From Camelus ferus (Eukaryota), in contig NC_045696.1 in NCBI RefSeq assembly GCF_009834535.1, positions 43,154,001-43,218,000 of the forward strand: a DNA stretch of 64,000 bases, given 5' to 3'. Position numbers and translations under genes: made by a program. This document shows, piece after piece, positions 24,492-36,189 of the stretch. The notes beneath the pieces were generated by a model. The model did no database searches. It worked only from the letters and a program-made list of their open reading frames with translations, and was not told the origin of the DNA. Within the stretch, counting starts at the first letter, position 1. Each line of letters begins with the position of its first letter.

Positions 24492-25934
24492 CTGAAACCA
24501 GTTTGAAAATGGCAAGAGTTTGGTGGCAGCAAATATAATTATCAACTTACTGCAATTATATAAATGTAAAATTTTCAAATTCTGAACTAACATGATAATA
24601 ACAATATACAGAAAGAAACGCATAGGAAAGACGATAAGGGGAAAACCTTTATATAATTAATTGCCTACAGGGAGGAAAACTATCTTCCCAATAGGATGGT
24701 TCGTTTTGAGCGCTACTATATTACACGAATAACTATTTCTGTCTTCCTTTCCCTTGGTTTACCAGTTCAAAATTTGTTGCATGATATGTAAGGAACATAG
24801 AATACAGAAATGAAAGCATTATTTTTCTTTTGTTATTTATCCATACCTAGACTATTCATATCAAATTCAAGAATGTTTTAAAAATAGAAAATATTTTTAT
24901 AATATACATACTTACCAAGTTTAAAGTTTTTATGTTTCCTGAAAAACTAATTCCTCAATTATTTCAGACATGATTCAATTAAATTGTTTTATTAATTCCT
25001 ATATAACAGAAAAATTAATGTGACATCTTTAATTTTACAATAATTTGCCAATGAAATTAATACTCTTATGTAACATTCACCACAGTGGGAGGGGGGGAAT
25101 TCTGTATGGAACAAAATAAACTCAATTGCTGCAAAGACTGAGGCAAAGCAAGTAAAGACTAATTCTATGAAATAAAATTCTTAAAGTGAAATCTTTAACT
25201 TAAATGCTGTAACCTATTTCTTTACAACATTCAGAAACAGATGCTACAATTAATGGATAGAAAAGTGTTAAAGAAACAGAACAATGTCTCTGACATAACT
25301 GGTTTACTTCAGCAGTGAAAAAATATCATTTATTGTCTTTAACTTTACTAAAGTTTTGACTTGCTCTTTAAGTATTGTTATTTTAAGCAATTAATTTCCC
25401 AATATACTTGTAATTAATTTTCCAATATAGTTTTGGAAAGTATAAGTCTGAGACCAAGAAAGAGAGAAATGGGTAAAAGTCATCTTTAACAAGAATATTG
25501 CTTTATTGTGTCATACACATCTGGAAGCATGCATAATCCTGTAGAAGAGTCCTTTCTGTTTCTGATTTAGGAGACCAGCTTTATGATCTGAAAAGCCTCA
25601 AGCCCTATAGCAATAATTCTAATGAAAATAGGACTTGAATCTATAAGGAAAAAAATTACATACACTTCTGTTTGACAGTTATGATTATAGTCATAAACAA
25701 AAATAGTTACCCTGAAGCATCAAGACATCTAAGTAGTAAGCCATGTGTTCAGGGTCTGAAAGAAATCAAATACCTAATGATGGCCTTGTATGGACATATA
25801 ATTGTTGTTATTTTTTCTGTAAGTAGACAGTGCTGTTTCTTTCTGTATTAACATGGAGAATTTCAAAAGGAGATAAATCTATAAAGGTACTGAAAATATG
25901 GGCCATGAAACATTTATAAATTGATGTGTTTAGT

Positions 25935-26186
25935 GTGTAGCACTAAGGTTATAAGATAATAATTAAAAGGAAAATTTGAATTCAGCTTGGTTTCTCTGTG
26001 GCTCCACAACTTATTGCATAAATAGAGGCAAGTTACACTACCCAGGCTTCATTTTTTCATCTGCAAATAGGGATAATAATAATAAAATATAGTGTTATGA
26101 GGATTGGCTGAATATTTCTTAAGGCTCTCAGAACAGGACTTACTTCCTGGCATTTACTGGTGACAGTTATATTAATTATTATTATT
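25935..26186 (+). mobile_element. MIR SINE
   Basis: ggcaagttac...ttttcatctgcaaatagggataataat...gttatgaggatt, att-repeat tail. Confidence 0.7.
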
Positions 26187-26189
26187 CAC

Positions 26190-26452
26190 TTATTATCTGA
26201 CACAGCCAGGCATGGCTTTTTCAATGGGAGCAGGATAAGATATATTGAAGAAGGTTCAGATGTGAAACTAGACTTGCCCATCAAAGTAGGAAAAGAACAG
26301 AGGGGACAGATGCAGGACAAATGGAAATAAATTCCAGACTTGCAGTTAGAACTTGGTATCATATCATCCCCCATCATAACAAGTTCAATGCATTCAGTTT
26401 CCTCTTGATCTGAGCACATGATGAAGTAGTTCATTGGAATTTGAGGCCCATG
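26190..26452 (-). pseudogene. Exon relic with PHD-finger-like motif
   Basis: Acceptor ttttatctatctgttgtag. Open frame HGPQIPMNYFIMC...DDMIPSSNCKSGIYFHLSCICPLC. Confidence 0.55.
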
Positions 26453-26952
26453 CTACAACAGATAGATAAAATTAAAATCCAACTCAGTGCAGTTAAGACT
26501 AAAGAAACACATAGGAATTGAAACCTACCCAGGAGGTAAATTCTTCTCTCTCCTCTTATATCTAAGTCATATGTATACACTTAAATTAATAACTTTTGAA
26601 ATTGTTTCTCTATGTATACATATGTATATGTAATTTTAAGTCTTTTATACTTTTATACTTAGAAACTTGCAAACAATTAAGGAGTTAAGGATGTGTACCT
26701 CACTAAAGACACTTGGGCTCCTTGTCTGCATGGCTAGAACCACAGCCCCCTCAGGTACTCATTCCCATAACCAGCTTAGATTGTGTTTCCTCTTTTAACT
26801 GCATAGTTATGCTTCAGTTTGCTTATCCTTCTTCCCCTTCACATTACCACCCTGGAAATTCTCAAATTTGTTTAAATACAGCATTCTACTTCCTTCCTCA
26901 AATACATCGGAGACACTAAACACCCTGGAGTGAAACATACAACCAAGTGGAA

Positions 26953-27412
26953 TGTGTCAGCCATGGACGTGCACACACATCTCAGCTCTCCCTCAGGAGA
27001 GCCTGCTGCCCTGAGCACATGGACTGAAGCCTCTGCCTCCAGCACCTGCAGGGCCTCTACCAGGCTCCTGCCAAAGCTGGGCTTCTTTTAGCCTTCTCCC
27101 AGCCAGTGGCCAGGTAGGACAAGACTACTACAGTGGGGCTGTTTCTGCCCAACGTGGGACCCCGCCAACAGTCAGCCTTTGCTGGGGGATCTCACATTGG
27201 CCCGGCCAAGACACCGTCAGATCTGCACTGCAGTCTGAGCTCTTACCCGATTTTCCTCCTCATTTCATGGGTGTCAGACCAGCATCACAGTCTAAATGCT
27301 CTTCTCACCTATGCTTAACCCTCTCTTTTACCCTTTTCAGGCATTTTGCCCAATAAATGTCTTACATATCTAATCCCACACTTGCTATCTGCTCTTGAAG
27401 GACCTGAACTGA
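26953..27412 (+). mobile_element. LTR16-like ERVL LTR
   Basis: gtttctgcccaacgtgggac, tcagatctgcactgcagtctgag, cccaataaa...gaaggacctgaactgac. Confidence 0.75.
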
Positions 27413-27460
27413 CTCACTAACTCAATATTCCTGACCACATATCTCAGAATCTGTCCATAG

Positions 27461-27511
27461 TTTCAATTCTATTGTATTTTCAATCCTATTGTATTTTCAA
27501 TCCTATTGTAT
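27461..27511. repeat. 17-bp tandem repeat x3 (tttcaatcctattgtat)
   Basis: Visible directly; one mismatch in the first copy. Confidence 0.9.
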
Positions 27512-29519
27512 TTCCTTAGTCATTCAGACCCACAACCATTTCCTTTCTCCAATACTTAACAAAAACTCTCTGACCACCCTGCCCTCAGGGCACTCCCTAT
27601 TTTCAGCTCTTCAGCTTGTAAATAGTTCACTGACAAACAGAAGCATTCAGAAACACTGACACCACCTCCACCAGCCCACCTGCTTTGACTCGCATGCACT
27701 CTACCTCCTCTCCTGCTGTTGCTGTGTATCAGTTTTCCTGTCCAATTATGCACTGGATTCCATCCTATCTCACTTATGATATTATTTTCTTTTATTGTTA
27801 ATCATCTTTTTCTCTCTCTCGAACAGTCTGTCATAATCATACATACTGTATTAGTAACTATAAAAAATCCTCCTGACCCCCAAGTCTCCCTGCAGCTACA
27901 AAATGCATTTAGAGTCCATCTTTACATTCTTCCTATTCTCTCTTGAACCCACACTAATTTATGTCAGTAGTATAATATATATATATCATTTGCTTTTGCC
28001 AACATCAGGAACGGTTAATTCTGAACTTCACCTAATGCAAAAATCAGCAACATTTGACAATACTGATCACTTCTTCTTGAAGGACTTTCTTCACACTGAC
28101 TCTAGACATCACTTGCTCTTGGTTCTCTTACTTCAATGACTATTTCTTTCGGTTTCCACTACAGGTAGTTCTCACCTTCCACTCTTATACCAATAAGAAT
28201 GCCCCATGGCTTTGTTTGTCCTTGTAACTCTTTTTCTAACTACATTTTGTGTATCTTCCATCCCCATAGCTTTAAATGTCATCTTTAATTTGATGACTCC
28301 CAAGTTTAGATCTCCACACCCTCACCTCCACCCATCTTCACTCTTATATCCCAGTTTACTCAACATCTCCACTTGGTCATCAGATATGTACCCTAAGCAT
28401 AACACATCCAAATATAAATTCTTGGTCACCCCAAAGCAATTTTCTTTCTCAGTTTTCCTCATTTCAATCAGTATCAATATCTTTCTCCTAGTTACTTCAA
28501 CCAAAAATCTAAAAGTCCCTTGAAAGTATCATCCAAAAAGATTCTCTTTGTTCTATTCTTTTTGCATTGGCTCTGAAGTCAAAATGTACCCAGCACAACT
28601 CTTCTGACCATTTCCACTCACTGCTACTGTTCTGATCCTCAACATCTTTTGCTCTGTATTATTGCAATATGCTCCTAATGTTGTCTTCGTATATTCTCTC
28701 CTAATATTCCATCTTTACCTTTAAACTTATTATTTGCTCTTACTTTTTAAATGTACGTAAGAGCCTATCAATTCTTTTCTCACAAAAATCAGGATTCTTC
28801 TCATGCAGGGAAAATTTAAAGATACTAACAGAACTACAAATCCCTAAAATATGTTTTCTATTTTCCCCCACTTCTCTGATGTTACCTGTTAACTAAATCT
28901 ATACCTTGTTTATTCTACATGAGCCATGTTGACCTCTTTGCCTCTCTTCCATCAGTTTCTGCCTCTGGCACATGGAATTCTGTCGGAGGGAACTTCCTCT
29001 AGGTGTATGTGCAATTTACTCCCATACATCTTTCCCTTCCCTGTTCAAATGTCCAGAGAGGCCTTCCTTAAAAACAACATATGAACTAATTCAAATCCAA
29101 CTCTGTCACTCTATTCCCCTTAGGTATTTTCTTCATGGTATTAAGCACCAGTTGAAAATCTCTATACCCAATACCCGCATCCTCACCAAACACAGCGTAA
29201 ATCCCCACACAGAAGGAATTTGTCGTATGCGCTGCTGTATATTTTGAATTACTTTGATGGTGTAAAGAGCAGAGAATTTTTATTGAAGGAATAAATGCAT
29301 GAGATAAAGAATGAGACAAGCACAGAGAAGGAGCAGGGGATCTAGTCATCAGAACTGGAGTCGAGAGCAGAAGGATAACCTGGTTAATAAGATCTGATTA
29401 ATGACTCTAACTTGGTAATTCCAATTAAGCTACATCAATAGTTAGAAACTTGGTTGTTATTACTAACATATACAATTTTTTTTTTTTTTTTTACAACCAA
29501 GGTACTAGAAATAGTTAAT

Positions 29520-30093
29520 TGTGCAGAAAAAGGTTAACAGAGCTGGCCCAGGGCTGCTAGGCTAGGCTAGAAGGCCTGCTTTCAAGACTGACTCTTGGCT
29601 GTTGTCTGGGAACCTGGATTTTCAGAGTATTCCTACCACCCCCAAAATGCTAGGGGTCGTATACGGTGTCTAAAGTGTTTGTGAAAACAACGTGGTTTCT
29701 ACTGTATCTGCTTTTTTTTTTTTTTTTCCCCTGGAAGTCTGAACTTTGGTATGTGCGAGGCAGGGAGTGCCTATGTGACCAGCTCCCAATAAAAACCTAG
29801 CCCATGAGTCTCTAGCCAGCTTCCCTCAGCAAAAACACAGCACACATGTGGCTGCATTTCCACTGCTAGGGAAGAGCGTGCTCCACGTGACAGCTAATGA
29901 GGGAGAGAGCATAAGGAGGCCTGCACACAGGTTCCTCCCCTCGCTACTTACATCTCTTTCCCTAATGATCCTGCTGTTTACCTTTACTCCATCTGTTTAA
30001 TAAATATTTTAAGAGTAAAACTCTATCTTAAATCCCATGAATCACTCTAGGAAATCTTTTAATGTGGGGATGGTATTGGGGACTCCAAATACA
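29520..30093 (+). mobile_element. Solo LTR, MER21-related
   Basis: tgtgcagaaaaaggttaaca start, tgcctatgtgaccagctcccaataaaaac, ttggggactccaaataca end; flanks ttaat/ataat. Confidence 0.8.
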
Positions 30094-30235
30094 ATAATAA
30101 AATGCTTCCACTGTAACAAAATACTCCAGTATGTCAGATTTTAAGCCACCAATTGTTGGACAAACAGGTCTCAAATTCATGGAAAATATAACAATTGGCT
30201 TCTCACAAAGCTAGTAAGATCTGGCTTAAGCTCAC

Positions 30236-30322
30236 CACAGAAAAACCAAAAACCAACACACCGTAATATAACCTTCAATCTAGATCTAATAAAGAGACCT
30301 GTTCCTCACGTTGCTGAGACTC
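30236..30322 (-). pseudogene. 87-nt exon candidate
   Basis: ggtttttag|...|gtgagc; reads ESQQREEQVSLLDLD*RLYYGVLVFGFSV. Confidence 0.33.
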
Positions 30323-31619
30323 CTAAAAACCTAGTATTGCCTCATGCACACAGAGTGCTGAGAAGAGCCACACTAATCAACCAAAATGGGCAAATTAATA
30401 AATGAAACTTTGCATAATCCTTTGCCTAAATTTGAACCAAATATTTCATGTTCTACTCTAGTTCCTCAATTTTATTGACACCCTTAGAGAAGAAAATATT
30501 TATACACTCCTCTAAATTGTTCATATACAAAAAAGTGTATTTATATATGCTAGGAAGATGATACAGCAGTTGAATCTGCTGTCAACTGCTAAAAGTTAAG
30601 ACACTCAAAGTTAAGCTACCCCACTTGACATCTCATCAGTAAAGTTAATGTAAAAGAACAGTAAGTACTTTTATTTTGTTTAAAAACAGAGAGCTATACA
30701 TGTATCAGAGCTTGCTCTCTCAGCCACTGCTGATTCCACAGTCCCTTGAATAGCCCCTGTTGTAACCGCCACTCAGTAAGCATACTGAATTAATGAACAA
30801 CGTCTAGCTCACAAATAAGGGCCACATGGTTACACTGATTTTTACATTATTCCTATTTCTTCATCCAGTTCTTGGAAATGACAAAATAAAAAGATAATGT
30901 AAGACCATCACACATTATTTATAGGTGCTCTATTTTTCAGTGTCACTCTGCTTCTAGCTTTTTGACCCAACAGCATAGAGAATACTTCTATTACTCATAG
31001 CAGCTTTGAAAAAAACATTTTTCTGAGTGCATTAGATTATTACTCTATTCATCAGAAGTTAAGAGTACATTAGTATCTTTTATATAAACTGAACTTTCAA
31101 GTAGTTTTGACACTGATGAAATTAAATGTGATAATGGCAAGTGTGATGAAATGAAATATAATGGAAATGATGCAATACTTTACAATTAAGAATTCTGATG
31201 TGCTAAAATTGATTTTCTAAAAAGTACTGTGCTCACATTCTGAAATGTTCTAAAGATAAATAAAATTTCCAAAATTTAAATGAACAGGTAATAAAGTCAG
31301 CTTTCCAACAGTAAGGTTGTGTTAAAATAGCCACTTTTATAATTTCTGATTTTTTATACACAAGGAACATCCATTGTCACACTACTAATAAAATTAAAAT
31401 GAAACTTAAAGCCAATAGTTCAATAATGATATGCCAAAGGCATCACATTTATAATATGACATCACATACACATTTTGGTCACAGAATACTTGCATTCTAG
31501 CCTTTTAAAGACCTATATTTTCAAAGGGTAGCCAACACAACTGTGAGTAACTTTCTCATTATATACAGCAGGCATCTGTTTTAATGATTTCCAGCTGAAC
31601 AAAAACTCGTCTCCACAAA

Positions 31620-33609
31620 GGCTTGGCTTCCAATTAGGATACAGAAATGTAGGAAGAGCACTGGTCCCACTCACACAACAGGAAAAAGCCGAAAAATCTA
31701 CAAAGTTATAATTTGTTCTGAGCTAATAAAACAACGGAGGCCACAGGGGAACAAGTTAGGCTGAAATCTGAGGAAAGACAGGCACCTTCAAGGAAACACG
31801 AGTGGAGGCTTATCCCGGGCCAAACAGGAGGAAAACTGGGCTAACATATAAGCCAGTAAAAAGATCTCAGCTAAGAATGTGAAAAGATTGCTAAAGACTA
31901 AGTGCAGGGTAATCTGAGAGTACAGAACTACCAAGGGCCAGAGACGCCAGGGATTTGACACCAAACTCAGACTTTTCCATGGATGTCACAAGGTAACAAG
32001 AGCAACTTTGAGCAGAGAGACTAGGAAAAAGGACCCCTTTGTGGTTCAAGCCTGAGCGAGAATAGCAGCTGCCGCTGCAGAGAAGCACAGAGTTCCACCT
32101 GAAACTTCTCTCCCACAGGGGGGAAAAAAATCTTAAGCTGTGAGTTGAGGAAAGTGGAGGAAGGAGAGCAAACATTTGCAGCTAGAGCAAGAGACCAGAA
32201 AAAAATCCCACCCTTGGGAGGAGGGTAGAGACTCTCCAGACCCTGGTTATTAGAAATTTCTAGATCTAGCAAAAGGAACCAGAGCAAGACCATAGAGAAA
32301 GCTCCATCCCCAAGAACACCAAGCCAGTCTAAGACTGAAATTGAATGAGCAAAACAGAAAATGCCCTCCTTGTCCCCACCGCCGGGATACTCAGCACGAC
32401 TATGCGGCAGTCTGTCCCTATGGTGAGAGCATGGACAGAGACCTGTTCTGATGGGAAGCACAAAGAGAAAGCCTAAAAGTAATAGGAGAACAGGAGATTG
32501 AGAAAAAAATCCTCTAACAATCCAACTCGCACCCTATGAGTAAGGTTACTCTGAAAAAATGTGAAGCAAAAATAAGCACTAAGTGTAACTACAGCTACAA
32601 CAGAATCCACACTCAATTTTTATGCAAGCCAAAAGACAACTGAGTAGCATCTTTCAAGTTCTGAAAGAAAAACATCAACCCAGAAATTTGTTAACAAGTG
32701 AAAACATTTTTTCAAAAAGAAAAGCTAAAGAACAACTTTCCAGACAAACAAAACCTGAGAGAATTCAATACCATTCACCACAACACATATTAAAGGACAT
32801 CCTTCAGGTAAAATAAATATGATACAAAACTTTCCTGCACCTCAGGTTGCCCGTGAAATGGGAAAAAGCAATACTGAAATAAAAGACTTTAACATCAGGT
32901 GGTTCTCGTACTTTTGTGTCTTACCTCCAGGAGATGGGCCTGGTTCTCAGTGAATTACAGAGAAAAATCCCTTGTGCTTCTGACAGGAGGAAAGGAAAAG
33001 GAACCATTTTGAAATACGCCAGAGCAACCTGTTCCTCTTGAAAATGTCTGCCCTCAGGTGAAACTAGCTACAGCCTAACTGGCTGGGGTTAATCAAGGCT
33101 TAAATGACCTGGGGGAAGGAAAACTAATTGCAGCCCCTCTAGCCTTCTATGTGGAAGAAGGAGTATACCCAAGTAGAGCCCACGCTAGCCACCTTATCCC
33201 AGTAAAGAGGGGTGAAAAACTGAGAAGTATCTGTGAAGTTCCCAGGTCAGTGGTGCAAACTCACTACAAGACCAAGACTAACTCAGAAGACTATGGAACA
33301 CTTCCCCTCCCCCCACACGTGACCATTAAAGGCCTGACTATAGCAGTTCTCCTTACCAAGTACATTATGTTCAGTTATTAAGACAAAAGTACAAGACATA
33401 CTAAAAGGCAAAAACCAAAGTTTGAAGAGAAATAGTAAGCATCAGAACCAGACTAAGATATGGCAGGTATGTGGGAATTATCAGGCCAGGAATTTAAAAC
33501 AACTGTGAATAAGATGCTGAGGACTCCAACAGATAAAGTACAACATGCAAGAACAGATGGGCAATATAAGCAGAGATGAAAATTCTAAGAACATATGCGC
33601 ACGCATGTG

Positions 33610-33640
<31 letters not shown>

Positions 33641-35480
33641 AAAAAAAATGTAAGAGAAAAGATAAATGAAAAATGCCTTTGGTGGGGTTATTGGTAGACT
33701 GAATGCAGCTGAGGAAAGATTCCCAGAGCTTGAGGATATCTTAATAGAAATCATGGAAACTGAGAAACATTGAGAAAAAGGACTGAAGAAAGAAAAAAAA
33801 ACAGAAAAACCAAAATATCCAAAAATTTGAGAGAACTACAAAAGTTATACCATATGCCTAATGAGAATTCTAGAAGGAAAAGAGAGAAAGGAACAGAAGA
33901 AATGTTTGAAACAATAATGACAGTAGAAAGCCTTGCAGGAAATGTTAAAAAAAAAAAAACTTTAAAGGGAAGGAAAATGATAAAGGGCAAAAACTCAGAT
34001 CTATATAAAGAAATGAAGAGCATCAGAGAAGGAATAAGTAAAGGTAAAATTAAAAAGTCTATTATTCTAACAGTATGTTCAAAATAATAATGGTAACAGT
34101 GCATTTAATCATGTGTACTTATGTTTATTATTTGTATGTGCTTATGTATAAGTGAGATGAATGACAGCAATGATAAAAGGGATAGAACAAAGGGATAAGG
34201 ATTATTTTTATTATTATAAGGTACTCTCTACCTGTGAATCAGTATAGTGTTATTTAAAAATGGATTTGGGTTAGTTGTAAATGTTTATTGCAATCACCAA
34301 AAAAACCCTAAAAAACAGAAGTAAAATCACCATGTTGAGAAAGAAGAAAAAATGAAATCATATAAAATGCTCAATTAGAAGCAAAAAAGACAGAAAATGA
34401 GTGGAAGACAAAAATAGGAATAAGGAACAAAAGTGACAAACTGAAAAATATTAAGAAATATGGTAGATAGTAATCCAACTATATCAATAATCACTTTGAA
34501 TATTAATGGTTTAAATACACAAATTAAATGACAAATTGTCAGAGTATATCAAGAAACAAGGCCCAACTATAGGTTGTCTAAAAATTACCCCACTTTAATA
34601 TAAACACAGAAAAAGGACTGAAGAATGAAAAAAACAGAAAAAACAAAATATCCAAAAATGGAGTAAAAATGTACCATGCTAACAACTAATCTGAAAAAGC
34701 AAGAGTATGTATACTAATTTCAGACAAAGCACACTTCAAAGCAAGGAAAATTATCAGTGTTAAAGAAGAGCATTACAAAATGATAAAGGCTAACTCTCTA
34801 AGAAGACAAAGCAATTTTTAATGTGTATGTACCCAACAACAGTGTCAAAATATATGAGGTATAAACTAACAGAACTACAAGGAGAAACAGATGAATCCAC
34901 TGTTATAGTCAAAGACTTCAACACCCCTCTATCAGAAATGGACAGATTCAGCAGATGGAAAATGAGTAAGAACACAGTGGGACTCAACAATACTGTCAAT
35001 CAACTAGATAAAATGGACACCTATAGACTACCTTATACAACAACAGCAGAATACACATTTTTGTCAAACTCATATGGAATGTTTACCAAGACAGGCCACA
35101 ATATGGACTATAAAACACCCTTAGCAAATTTAAAAATACAGAAACCATACAGTGTCTGCTCTCAGACCACAATGGAATTAAATTAGAAATCAGTAATGGA
35201 AAGATAACTGGAAAATCTTGAGATACGTCGAGATTAAACAACAAATTTCCTTGACGTGGGTCAAAGAAGAAATCTCAAGAGAAATTAAAAACTATTTTGA
35301 ATTAAAAGAAAATGAAAACACAACTTATCAAAATCCATTGGATGCAGTGAAAGCAGTACTTAGAGGGGAATTTATAGCACTGAATGCCTATATTTAGAAA
35401 AGAAGAAAGATCTAAGTTTCCACCTTAGAAAATTGGAAAAAGAACAAATTAAATCTAACATAAGCAGAAGAAAATGAATG
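31620..35480 (+). mobile_element. Old L1 5' portions (5' UTR, ORF1 pieces, ORF2 endonuclease region)
   Basis: ORF 34821..35186 contains DFNTPLSEMDR and AEYTF endonuclease motifs; ORF1-like pieces at 32622 and 33770. Confidence 0.8.
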
Positions 35481-36189
35481 ATAATGAGCACAAGCATATC
35501 TCAGAAGAACTGGGTTTTGAGACTCTCCTTCTGGTGGTTGGAGGCCTGGCTTTCCCACCTGCTATGTCCCAGGTAGCCCCTCGAGCCCCCTGGAGGTGTC
35601 CGTGCTGCCTGGAGAAACTGAATTATCAGAAAATGTACTGAAGGTCTCTAACGTGTAATGTTATCCTAGGAGATATGGATTCACAGACCACAGCTTATTA
35701 CTGTTTAAATCCATCTGCTCGTATTATTTTTCTCTTCCAGAAATAAACTCTCTCTGGTCTCCAACTACTTAAGTATACATTATCTAAGGTTATGTATGAT
35801 AAAGTTTACTTCCTCTTCTTCCATTCACGAAGCATTCTCCAGCTTCTAAATACCACATTGAGTCTTCAGTAAATTCCTATACTTTAGTAGTCTGCATCAC
35901 TCAATATTATTATTTCAAGTGTTTTAAAACACTCTGTTTTAAAAGTAATAGGTTTATTTTTTCACCAGAGTGTAAAATATTAAGTGAAGGGAATCATATT
36001 TAGCAAATATGTTTTTTCTGCTATATCATAGGGCTTATACAGAATCAAATTTATGTCTTCTTCTCTTAAAACCTTCCAAAGCCCACCCATTACTCTCAGA
36101 GTAGTGACTAAATTTCTTTATATGGCTAAAAGGACACTTATCCATATGACATCTAGGCAGCTCTACATATGTTTGCAATATTTCACATC

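Larger units (their letters stand above)
26700..29300 (+). mobile_element. L2 fragments (interrupted by an LTR)
   Basis: Pyrimidine-rich L2 ORF2-like tracts (cagcaacatttgaca...gatcacttcttcttgaa; tactcaacatctccacttgg). Confidence 0.7.
900..30870 (-). pseudogene. Decayed multi-exon gene: PHD-PHD-BEN(x~3)-F-box-Cys knuckle-CxC4/SAP/KDZ transposase-like (HMGXB3/Zisupton-related)
   Basis: About 13 non-repeat blocks, all on the minus strand, most with an acceptor AG and a GT donor. Translations carry domain-like motifs in a coherent order but with many stops and frameshifts. Homology judged by eye. Confidence 0.62.

Noticed and set aside
27461..27511. Short direct repeats as a CRISPR-like array
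   Set aside because: No spacers; an ordinary tandem triplication in mammalian DNA.
30689..30775. Plus-strand exon candidate ending in gtaagc
   Set aside because: All three frames are closed and it is isolated.
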